Part shown: positions 47,216-55,941 of the stretch, piece after piece | Numbering within the stretch: position 1 is the stretch's first letter | Layout of the letters: every line of letters starts with the position of its first letter | DNA from: Holophagaceae bacterium | GTDB lineage: Bacteria; Acidobacteriota; Holophagae; Holophagales; Holophagaceae | Assembly: GCA_025361205.1 (NCBI GenBank) | Contig: JANYAS010000079.1 | Coordinates: 488 to 64,487, forward strand | Direction: 5' to 3' | DNA length: 64,000 bases | Made by a program: the position numbers and the translations under genes | Notes under the pieces: model-generated | The model's database searches: none | What the model was told of the DNA's origin: nothing | Seen by the model: only the letters and a program-made list of their open reading frames with translations

Positions 47216-47532
47216 GGACCCTCCTTGGTCTTCAGTGTAAGGATGATGGCCTTGGTTGGAGCAAGAAACCAAAAAAGGAATGGAAAGCACGAATAGAAGT
47301 CAAACCGTTGGTTCGACCAAGCCAATGCCCTTGATGGGCATCAACGAGAATATCTCCCGATGCTCTGGTGGACCTTTGGGCATTCGAGGCCTCGTACACC
47401 TTGGCGAACGACGCGACGAACTTGACGCCCAGGATCTTCCCGACGGATGACTTCGATCTTCAAACTGATGGAATCAGTAGCTCATTCTGATTGAGCCCCC
47501 CATCGATGGAGAAGGGTAATTAATCATAAATA

Positions 47533-47575
47533 TAATGCAATAAATAACATAATCATTGGATCAAATATTGCATTA
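47533..47575. promoter_or_regulatory. AT-rich inverted repeat, candidate operator of the SOD-encapsulin operon
   Basis: TAATGCAATA-N23-TATTGCATTA, with ATAATCATT (Fur-box half) inside. Confidence 0.45.
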
Positions 47576-47629
47576 AGGCCTCCACGTAGATAGCGCATGG
47601 CCCCGATCATCTACCAAGGGAGGAAGTTC

Positions 47630-48244
47630 ATGGCCTACGAGCCCAAGAATTACGATCACCTGAAGGGGGGCGCACTGGATGGATTCAGTGATAGCCAGCT
47701 GGACTTGCACTTCACCCTCTACAAGGGCTACGTGGCGAAGCTCAACGAGATTGAAGAAAAACTGGCTGTGGCCATCAACACCAAGCCCAACTATTCCTTC
47801 AACGAATACAGCGAGTTAAAGCGGCGGGAGGCCGTGGCTTTCAATGGATCCTTCCTCCACGAACGCTACTTCGAGAACCTGGGGAAAGATGCCGCCATCA
47901 GCTCTGGCCTCCAGAAGGCTTTGGACGGGCAGGGGGGCAAGGTCAACATCTTGGCCGATCTAAAGGCCGCAGCCCTCAGCGGCCCGGGCTGGGCACTGCT
48001 CACCCTCAATCGGCGGGACGGTAGGCTCCACTCCTATTTTGTGGCGGAGCATCACATAGGCATGCCTATCGACCAGGATCTGCTCCTGGTCCTGGATAGC
48101 TGGGAGCACGCCTTCATGGTGGATTTCGGCATCAAACGCCCAGCCTACATCGACGCTTTCTTCACCAACATCAAGTGGAGCGAAGTGTCCAAGCGCTGGG
48201 TCGGTTCGAGAACCGGCGGAAGAGAAGGTGATCGCCATGAGTAG
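47630..48244 (+). CDS. sod: Fe/Mn superoxide dismutase family protein (ChrC-like HxxLYxGYV type)
   Basis: LHFTLYKGYV, FNGSFLHERYFENL, LDSWEHAFMVDFG metal ligands. Confidence 0.88.
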   Translation: MAYEPKNYDHLKGGALDGFSDSQLDLHFTLYKGYVAKLNEIEEKLAVAINTKPNYSFNEYSELKRREAVAFNGSFLHERYFENLGKDAAISSGLQKALDGQGGKVNILADLKAAALSGPGWALLTLNRRDGRLHSYFVAEHHIGMPIDQDLLLVLDSWEHAFMVDFGIKRPAYIDAFFTNIKWSEVSKRWVGSRTGGREGDRHE

Positions 48245-48575
48245 CGGATTCATTGAACCTGGGCTTTCTAGCCAAGCATCGAACATCCACCGGGCCCTCA
48301 CCAGCCTGCAGGAGGAACTAGAAGCCATCGACTACTACCACCAGCGGGTGGATGTGTCGGATGACGAGTCCCTAAAGGCCGTTCTGGCCCACAACCGCGA
48401 TGATGAAATGGAACACGCGATGATGTTGATGGAATGGCTTCGCCGCGCCATGCCTGAATTCGATGTCCAGATGAAAAAGCTCCTGTTCACATCTGGTGAC
48501 ATCACCGAACCGGCGGACGGAGTCGAACCCCAAGTGGCAAGTGCAATTGGGCTGGGGCTGGGAAACCTGAAATGA
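48237..48575 (+). CDS. Encapsulin-associated ferritin-like protein (Flp/EncFtn cargo)
   Basis: SLQEELEAIDYYHQR...HNRDDEMEHAMMLMEWLRR; C-terminal cargo-loading peptide GLGLGNLK. Confidence 0.92.
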   Translation: MSSGFIEPGLSSQASNIHRALTSLQEELEAIDYYHQRVDVSDDESLKAVLAHNRDDEMEHAMMLMEWLRRAMPEFDVQMKKLLFTSGDITEPADGVEPQVASAIGLGLGNLK

Positions 48576-48604
48576 ATGGGGCACTGGCCCGGGGAGATAC
48601 GGTC

Positions 48605-49426
48605 ATGAAAGACATACTCAGGCGCGACATGGCACCCATCGTGGAGGGGGCCTGGAAGGAAATCGATCTGCAAAGTGCTCGCATCCTCAAGGGAAACCTT
48701 TCTGGGCGGAAACTGGTGGATTTTTCTGGACCTCACGGTTGGCAGTTCGCGGCCCTCAACCTCGGGAGGCTGGAGGTGGGACCCGGGGAGGGCAAGGACG
48801 GAGTGACCTGGGGGCTGCATAAGGTCCAACCTCTGGTAGAAGTTCGAGTCCCTTTTACCCTGGGTCTCTGGGACCTAGATGACGTGGCGCGGGGGGCGAA
48901 GAACCCGAACCTGGACGCATTGAAGGAGGCTGCGCGCAAGGTGGCAATCTTCGAGGAAACGGCCATTTATCGGGGGTTGGGAGGGGCGGGCATCCTGGGA
49001 ATGCTCGAAGGCTCCGGTCATGCTCCCGTGCCTTTGGGCCCCGACCTGAGCAAGCTCACCGAGTCATTGGAATTGGCCCTGCTTGCGATTCAGGAGGCCG
49101 AGATCGGTGGACCCTTTGCGCTAGTGCTAGGAACGCTGCCGTATAAGTGGCTGATGGTTGGGGACCCGAATGCCTACCCGCTGCGAAACCGGGTCGAAGC
49201 CATGTTTTCAGGCGGAATCCATTGGAGTCCTGTTCTGGAAGGAGGGGCTGTGCTATCGCTCCGAGGTGGAGATTTCGAGATGACTGTGGGCCAAGATCTG
49301 AGCATCGGATACAAAATGCACGACGCGAGAAATGTCGAGTTGTACTTTACCGAATCATTCACCTTCCACGTGCTTGAACCCGCGGCAGCCGTGGAGTTGA
49401 AACCGCAGGATCTCTTGAAACAATAG
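48605..49426 (+). CDS. Family 1 encapsulin shell protein
   Basis: LRRDMAPI..AWKEID, GRKLVDFSGPHGW, GGDFEMTVGQDLSIGY, LYFTESFTF. Confidence 0.95.
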   Translation: MKDILRRDMAPIVEGAWKEIDLQSARILKGNLSGRKLVDFSGPHGWQFAALNLGRLEVGPGEGKDGVTWGLHKVQPLVEVRVPFTLGLWDLDDVARGAKNPNLDALKEAARKVAIFEETAIYRGLGGAGILGMLEGSGHAPVPLGPDLSKLTESLELALLAIQEAEIGGPFALVLGTLPYKWLMVGDPNAYPLRNRVEAMFSGGIHWSPVLEGGAVLSLRGGDFEMTVGQDLSIGYKMHDARNVELYFTESFTFHVLEPAAAVELKPQDLLKQ

Positions 49427-49466
49427 GTCCAGCCTTGCGGACCCGATCTTCGAGAAGGACCGCCCC

Positions 49467-51029
49467 ATGAGTGAACATGCCGACACCAGCGGGTTGGACT
49501 TCGCGAAGGATGGAATCGCCTTTTCAGAGCTCGAAGACGGAAAACCGATCGCCGGGCAGGCGAACGGTGACGCGCTGCTCATCATACGTCGGGGTGAGGC
49601 CTGCTTCGCGGTCGGCGCCACTTGCACGCATTACGGTGGACCCCTCGTCGACGGCATCGTCGAGGGTGATACGATCCGTTGCCCATGGCATCATGCTCGC
49701 TTCGCGCTCGCGACCGGCGAAGCTAACGGACCTCCAGCGCTGGACGCGATTCCCTGCTTCCAGGTTGAGCGGAGGGGTGACCGGGTTTTCGTGCTCGGCC
49801 GTGCGAAGCTGGTAGGGAACGCACCTGGTGGCAACCCGCAGCGATCGCTATCTGGCGGTCCGCAATCGATCGCGATCGTGGGAGGAGGTCCCGCAGGGAC
49901 CGCGGCGGCAGAAATGTTGCGGCGCGAAGGCTACGAAGGGCCCATCACGTTCTTCGCGCCAGAAGCGTCATCACCGGTGGACCGGCCCAACCTATCAAAG
50001 GACTATCTTGCCGGGAGTGCAGCCGAAGAATTAATCCCACTGAGACCGCCGGAACACTTCGCCGAACACCGCATCGATCTGCGCCGCGAGACCGTCCTGG
50101 CACTGGAAGGGAAATCGCTGGTCCTCAAGGGCGGTTCGGAGGCGTTCGACGCGATCTTGCTCGCAACGGGTGCGGCGCCGGTCCGTTTAGAGATACCGGG
50201 TGCGGAGCATGCCCACTTGCTTCGCACGCTCGCCGATAGCCACGCAATCATTGCGAATGCGAAAGGACCTATTCTCGTGATCGGCTCCTCGTTCATTGGC
50301 CTCGAGGTAGCAGCGGCATTGATCGCGAGAGGCCTCGAAGTACACGTGGTCGGGCGGGACAAGGTGTTGCTTGAACCAATTCTAGGTCCCGAATTTGGCG
50401 CATTTGTGCAAGAGGTTCACGAGAAGAAGGGGGTTCACTTCCATCTCGGTACCTCCCCAAAGGAGATCGACGCGTATGGGGTGGTGCTCGAGAACGGGCG
50501 CGTCGACGGTAAGCTCGTCATTATGGGCGTCGGTGTCCGCCCCGAGATTGCGCTCGCAGAAAAGGCCGGCATTGCCATCGACCGGGGAATCGTGGTCGAC
50601 GATCAATTCCGCACGAGTGCCCCCGGTGTCTGGGCCGCAGGCGACATTGCCCGCTTCCCCTATCCTTTTACTGAGGAGCGCGTCCGCATCGAGCACTGGG
50701 TTGTGGCCGAGCAGCAGGGACAAGCTGCTGCGCGCAGCATGCTTGGGAAGGGAACCCGCTTCGATCGCGTTCCCTTCTTCTGGAGCGCGCACTACGATGT
50801 CAGCATCGGTTACGTCGGTCATGCCGGGACTTGGGATCGAATCGATATCGCGGGTAATTTCGCACGGCGCGATGTGGCTGTCGCGTACCGCCGTGGCGGA
50901 CAAACCCTTGCGGTGGCCGCCATCGGACGTGACGAACTGTTACTCCGGGCCGAAGCAGCGATCGAACGGGGAGATGAAGCGACACTCACGCGATTGATCC
51001 CACCCAGCGCCACCGATGGAAGACCATGA
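49467..51029 (+). CDS. Rieske [2Fe-2S] + FAD/NAD(P)H oxidoreductase fusion
   Basis: CTHYGGPL...CPWH Rieske ligands; IVGGGPAG, ILLATGA, VIGSSFIGLE, WAAGDIA, VPFFWS. Confidence 0.92.
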   Translation: MSEHADTSGLDFAKDGIAFSELEDGKPIAGQANGDALLIIRRGEACFAVGATCTHYGGPLVDGIVEGDTIRCPWHHARFALATGEANGPPALDAIPCFQVERRGDRVFVLGRAKLVGNAPGGNPQRSLSGGPQSIAIVGGGPAGTAAAEMLRREGYEGPITFFAPEASSPVDRPNLSKDYLAGSAAEELIPLRPPEHFAEHRIDLRRETVLALEGKSLVLKGGSEAFDAILLATGAAPVRLEIPGAEHAHLLRTLADSHAIIANAKGPILVIGSSFIGLEVAAALIARGLEVHVVGRDKVLLEPILGPEFGAFVQEVHEKKGVHFHLGTSPKEIDAYGVVLENGRVDGKLVIMGVGVRPEIALAEKAGIAIDRGIVVDDQFRTSAPGVWAAGDIARFPYPFTEERVRIEHWVVAEQQGQAAARSMLGKGTRFDRVPFFWSAHYDVSIGYVGHAGTWDRIDIAGNFARRDVAVAYRRGGQTLAVAAIGRDELLLRAEAAIERGDEATLTRLIPPSATDGRP

Positions 51030-51796
51030 GCGACGTTCCCTGCATCAAGACTCTGACCGCAGTGCCGACGCTGGATGACCTCGTCGCGCGTGATCGTGAT
51101 CATGACTGCGAGGGCTTTGGCAAACATCATATCTGCGTAAAGGTGGAGGCGGTCGCCGACCTACCCACACGCTTTGGTCACTTCCGCATCGTCGCCTTCT
51201 ACAACAATCGGGATGGAAAGGAGCATGTCGCGATCGTTCATGGTGACGTACTCGGCGGTCAAGAGGTCGTTACACGCCTGCACTCCGAGTGCCTGACTGG
51301 CGACGCGCTCGGATCCCTCCGATGCGACTGCCGCGACCAACTCGGTGTCGCGCTCACCCGCATCGCCCAGGAGCCCTGCGGTGTGCTCCTTTATCTGCGC
51401 CAGGAAGGTCGCGGTATCGGACTCTTGAACAAGATCCGAGCCTATGCCCTTCAGGATGGTGGGCTCGATACCGTAGATGCGAATCTGGCCCTGGGATTTC
51501 GCGATGACGAGCGCGACTACGCCATTGCTGCGCACATGCTCGCGAGTCTTACCGTGAAATCGATCCGCCTCCTCACCAATAACCCACGCAAGGTCGAGGA
51601 GCTTGTGCGCTATGGGATCGAGGTCCGTGAGCGCCTTCCGCATGTCATTCCGGCAAACGAATTCAACCTTTTCTACCTCGAAACCAAGGCTCATCGCTCG
51701 GGGCACTTCATCGATTTCGAGGGCAAGCCGCATGTCGCGGAACAGGACGAGCCCATCGTGGTCACCCCATCGACAAACTCGCCGGTCCAACCATGA
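51026..51796 (+). CDS. ribA: GTP cyclohydrolase II, second copy
   Basis: TRLHSECLTGDALGSLRCDCRDQL, YLRQEGRGIGL, LLTNNPRK; ATGA overlap with upstream gene. Confidence 0.93.
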   Translation: MSDVPCIKTLTAVPTLDDLVARDRDHDCEGFGKHHICVKVEAVADLPTRFGHFRIVAFYNNRDGKEHVAIVHGDVLGGQEVVTRLHSECLTGDALGSLRCDCRDQLGVALTRIAQEPCGVLLYLRQEGRGIGLLNKIRAYALQDGGLDTVDANLALGFRDDERDYAIAAHMLASLTVKSIRLLTNNPRKVEELVRYGIEVRERLPHVIPANEFNLFYLETKAHRSGHFIDFEGKPHVAEQDEPIVVTPSTNSPVQP

Positions 51797-51839
51797 CGTT
51801 TGCCGAGTTGATGCGGAGAACCGCAGTGCGGGGGATTCC

Positions 51840-52150
51840 ATGAAGGAACCTGCCTACGCGCCCTCGGGCCATTTCAGTTGGCCGAAACGGCTCACCACCG
51901 ATAGTGAGGGGGCCACACGCTTCCACGCGGCCCTGTTCAACCGGGAAGCCGTGGACCTCGACAGGCCCACGGGCAGCTACACCAGCTTCAGGTTGGATGA
52001 CCTGGACGGGGCGGCCGCCTATCAGGCGGGGCCTGATCAGGTCGCACCATCCCACTGGAAAGTCTACGTGGCCGTCTGCAGCGCCGACAAATCGGCTGCG
52101 AAAGCCGCGGCCGATCCGCGATCCTGCAGGGCCGGTGTTCGCGATCATCA
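51840..52150 (+). pseudogene. Degenerate VOC/glyoxalase-family remnant
   Basis: YAPSGHFSWPKRLTTDSEGATRFHAALF.REAVD...SYTSFRLD...PSHWKVYVAV.SADKSAAKA; second half missing. Confidence 0.6.
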
Positions 52151-52195
52151 AGTTGCTGGAGAGTTGAGACTGTTCGCGGGGCTGGGGAGGAAAAA

Positions 52196-53006
52196 ATGCG
52201 ATTGCCGTCCCGGTGGTTCGGGGTGGACAAGGGACGCTATTCTCTGCGTGTCACTTCTCGGGATTCTGCAGTTCTGGCGGAGTGTCTTGGGGGCAGCACC
52301 GGTCCCGGTCCGCTTCACCGAGGGAACAGTCCGCGGCTTTCTCGTGCTCACCGACACCGGCGGGGGACGGATTGCATCGGGGGACTTCTCCCAGGTTAGC
52401 GGGGCGGGTGAGATCCAGACCCACACCGTTTTTCACTTCAAGGATGGGTCTGAGCAGGGCGAGACGGTGGTCTTCACCCAGAAGCCCACCTTTGTGTTGA
52501 AGAGCTATCACCTGGTCCAAAAGGGCCCCGCGTTCCGTGATGACATGGACGTCATGCTGGTGCGGGCCACCGGACATTACCTCGTCAAAACCAAGGCGCA
52601 CAAGGATGGGCAGGAGAAGGTGGTGGAGGGCAGGATCGATCTGCCGCTCGATGTCTATAACGGCATGATCCCAGTGGTCACGAAGAACCTGGTCAAGGGG
52701 GCCAAGGAGACGGTTCACATGGTGGGATTTACACCTAAACCCAGAGTGATCGGCTTGGAGATAAACCCTTCAGGCGAGGAGAAACTGCAGATCGGCGATC
52801 TCAAAAAGACCGCGCTGCACTACGTACTGAAACCGAAGCTAGGCTTGCTCGAAATCCCCGCTACACTGTTCGGGCGTATGCCGCCTGACAACCATATCTG
52901 GATCCTCGCGGGCGATGCCCCGGCTTTTGTCAAGTTCGAGGGACCGCTCAGCGTCGAAGGGCCCATCTGGCGCATTGAACTTACCAGCCCGATATGGCCG
53001 AAGTAG
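52196..53006 (+). CDS. Hypothetical exported protein, apparent frameshift near 52220
   Basis: ATG 52196 behind GGGGAGGA; removing one G from GGGG joins MRLPSRWFG to WTRDAILCVSLLGIL..AAPVPVRFTEG. Confidence 0.55.
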
Positions 53007-53076
53007 CCGGCGGCCCTATCGTCGCGCGAGGCGGGTACTGTCCCCAAATGAAGGTGTCGAGTCAGGAGGAGCAGGG

Positions 53077-54201
53077 ATGACCGACCTTCGGTTGCAACGA
53101 ATCGGGCTCGTCATGAAGCCGGAGGCGGGCAACCCGATGGAGACCGAAGGCATCTTGAATCCGGCCGCCGTCCGTGGGCCTGACGGTCACCTGTACCTGT
53201 TCCCACGGTTGGTCGCAAAGGGCAACTACTCGCGTATCGGTATTGCGCGAGTGCGATTCGATGAAGCCGGCGATCCCATCGGCGCCGATCGCCTTGGCAT
53301 CGCCCTTGAACCGGAGGCGGATTATGAACTGCGGCCTGGCGGAGGCGGTGGCTGTGAAGACCCGAGAATTACGTTTGTGGAACCGCTTCAGCGCTTTGTG
53401 ATGGCCTACACGGCCTTTTCCTCGAACGGCCCACGGATAGCGCTGGCCTTATCGAAGGATCTGTTCCACTGGGAACGGTTGGGTCTCGCGAGTTTCCATT
53501 CCTATGACTGCATCGAGTTTGAAGGCATCGACAACAAGGATGCCACTGTCTTCCCGGTTGCCATTCGCGATCCCGCCGGTAAACCCGCTCTGGCGATCCT
53601 CCACCGGCCCCTGTTTCCCGGTACTCGTCCCGAGGAGAAAGTGTGCCACCCGGTGTCTCGCAAAGCAGATCTGCAGATGGAAAGCATCTGGATTTCCTAC
53701 TGTCCGATCGACATGAATGACGCGCCTTACCACCTCGGGCATTTCACTTCGCATAACCGGTTAGCCCATCCGGTCGCAACCTGGGAGCGGCTCAAGATTG
53801 GCTGCGGCACTCCGCCCATCCTGACGCGACATGGTTGGCTGATCATCTACCATGGTGTGGGTGACACGACAGTGAAGAACCCGGAAGTCCTCGAGCTGCG
53901 CTATTCGGCGGGCTTGATGATCCTTTCCGACGAAAACCCCCGCCTCGTCCGATATCGTTCCCCCGAGCCGGTCTTGATACCTGGGTCGAGGCAAGAACTA
54001 CACGGATTTCATTCCAATATTGTATTTCCCACCGGCATCGATCGACGCGATGACCTGGGCAGTCCCGACCGTTTCGACGTCTACTTCGGGATGGGTGACA
54101 ACCGGATTGGTGCTGCCCGCCTGGACCTGCCGGCACATCTCTCACCCGAGGAGCACGCCGACATCCTCGGCCCAATCGACAATGGTTCTCGTTCAAGTTG
54201 A
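53077..54201 (+). CDS. GH130-like glycoside hydrolase/phosphorylase (DUF377)
   Basis: GILNPAAV, GCEDPRIT, DNKDATVFP, KIGCGTPPI, NIVFPTG. Confidence 0.85.
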   Translation: MTDLRLQRIGLVMKPEAGNPMETEGILNPAAVRGPDGHLYLFPRLVAKGNYSRIGIARVRFDEAGDPIGADRLGIALEPEADYELRPGGGGGCEDPRITFVEPLQRFVMAYTAFSSNGPRIALALSKDLFHWERLGLASFHSYDCIEFEGIDNKDATVFPVAIRDPAGKPALAILHRPLFPGTRPEEKVCHPVSRKADLQMESIWISYCPIDMNDAPYHLGHFTSHNRLAHPVATWERLKIGCGTPPILTRHGWLIIYHGVGDTTVKNPEVLELRYSAGLMILSDENPRLVRYRSPEPVLIPGSRQELHGFHSNIVFPTGIDRRDDLGSPDRFDVYFGMGDNRIGAARLDLPAHLSPEEHADILGPIDNGSRSS

Positions 54202-54433
54202 GGGGATGTCCCCTTCATTTTGATTTGGAACACTTAGCCAACTTAGGCAACCAGTTCAGTAAGGACTCTTGTTTTCTAGCTATACAGTTTGGCCTGGAAT
54301 CTGCTCAGGCCATGCACGGGAATCCTTATATGTTGTGAGGGTTTTCGCATCTGGAGGTCCCGTGATGCGGTCTGATTAGCCCTCCAACTCAATGCCAATG
54401 CTATGCCTAGAACTGAAGTCTAAGGGGGTTGCC

Positions 54434-55255
54434 ATGAGCACGATCACCACCCAGGACGGCACGCAGATCTATTTCAAGGATTGGGGCTCGGGTCCGCCCG
54501 TGGTCTTCAGTCACGGCTGGCCCCTCAATGCGGATGCCTGGGAGTCCCAGATGGTCTTCCTGGGTTCCCATGGCTATCGCTGCATCGCCCATGATCGCCG
54601 TGGCCACGGCCGGTCCAGCCAGCCCTGGAATGGCAATGACATGGACACCTATGCCGACGACCTGGCCGAACTGATCGATGCCCGGGATCTCAACGGCGCA
54701 ACCTTGATCGGCCACTCCACGGGCGGCGGGGAGGTAGCCCGCTACATCGGTCGCCACGGCGCCTCCCGGGTTGCCAAGGCCGTCTTGCTGGGTTCGGTGA
54801 CTCCGTTGATGCTGAAGACGGAGGCCAACCCCGGTGGGCTACCGATCAAAGTCTTTGATGACATCCGAGCGGGCGTCTTCGCCGACCGCTCGCAGTTCTT
54901 CAAGGACCTGACCACACCGTTTTACGGCGCCAACCGCCCGGGTTCCAAGGTCACGCAAGGCATGAGGGAGGCCTTCTGGCTCCAAGGCATGCAGGGCGGT
55001 CTCAAGGGCGAGCTCGATTGCATCAAGGCCTTCTCCGAAACGGATTTCACCGAGGACCTGAAGAAGATCGAGGTACCGACGCTGATCATCCACGGCAATG
55101 ACGATCAGATCGTGCCCATTGCAGCCTCGGCCCTGCCGTCGTCGCAACTCGTCAAGAAGGCGACGCTGAAAATCTATCCGGGTGGCCCACACGGTCTGGC
55201 GGAAACGCACAAGGACCAGCTCAACGCCGATTTGTTGGCCTTCCTTAAGGCTTGA
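54434..55255 (+). CDS. cpo: Alpha/beta hydrolase, non-heme chloroperoxidase/arylesterase type
   Basis: [37 protein letters not shown]. Confidence 0.9.
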   Translation: MSTITTQDGTQIYFKDWGSGPPVVFSHGWPLNADAWESQMVFLGSHGYRCIAHDRRGHGRSSQPWNGNDMDTYADDLAELIDARDLNGATLIGHSTGGGEVARYIGRHGASRVAKAVLLGSVTPLMLKTEANPGGLPIKVFDDIRAGVFADRSQFFKDLTTPFYGANRPGSKVTQGMREAFWLQGMQGGLKGELDCIKAFSETDFTEDLKKIEVPTLIIHGNDDQIVPIAASALPSSQLVKKATLKIYPGGPHGLAETHKDQLNADLLAFLKA

Positions 55256-55281
55256 GCACATACCCTATCCGGAGGTACACG

Positions 55282-55884
55282 ATGACTAAGATTCTCGTTC
55301 TTTACTTCAGCATGTATGGCCACACCGAGAACATGGCGAACGCGGTGGCAACAGGCGCGCGTACCATCGAAGGCACCGAAGTCACCGTCAAGCGCGTGCC
55401 CGATCTGGTGCCAGAAGACGTGGCACGCAAAGCTGGCGCCAAGCTCGACCAAGCAGCGCCGGTCGCCACAGTGGACGAGCTGCCGAACTACGATGCGATC
55501 ATCTTCGGCACCCCGACCCGATTCGGGAACATGTGCGCGCAGATGCGCAACTTCCTGGATCAGACCGGCGAGCTGTGGCTGAACGGCAACCTCATCGGAA
55601 AAGTAGGCAGCGTGTTTACGTCCACGGCCACCCAGCACGGCGGGCAGGAAACGACGATCACCTCGTTTCATACCACCCTGTTGCACCAGGGCATGCTCAT
55701 TGTCGGTGTCCCCTATTCCTGTAAGGAGCTGATGAACATGAGTGAGGTGTCCGGTGGATCGCCCTACGGTGCCGGGACCCTGGCAGGAGGCGATGGCCTT
55801 CGTCAGCCCTCGGAGAATGAGCTAGCCATTGCTCATTTCCAGGGGGAGCATGTGGCCAGGATCGCCAAAAAACAGTCCGCATGA
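55282..55884 (+). CDS. wrbA: NAD(P)H:quinone oxidoreductase type IV
   Basis: [39 protein letters not shown]. Confidence 0.95.
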   Translation: MTKILVLYFSMYGHTENMANAVATGARTIEGTEVTVKRVPDLVPEDVARKAGAKLDQAAPVATVDELPNYDAIIFGTPTRFGNMCAQMRNFLDQTGELWLNGNLIGKVGSVFTSTATQHGGQETTITSFHTTLLHQGMLIVGVPYSCKELMNMSEVSGGSPYGAGTLAGGDGLRQPSENELAIAHFQGEHVARIAKKQSA

Positions 55885-55941
55885 GTCGAGCAACGCCAGG
55901 CCTTCAACTCATTTCATCGTCCCGTTAAAGCCAAAGAAGGC

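Noticed and set aside
47300-47500. Possible coding remnant upstream of sod
   Set aside because: A short frame with no identifiable family.
48180-51029. Encapsulin loading peptide on the SOD or Rieske protein termini
   Set aside because: Their termini lack the hydrophobic L-x-I/L-G-S/N-L pattern seen on the Flp.
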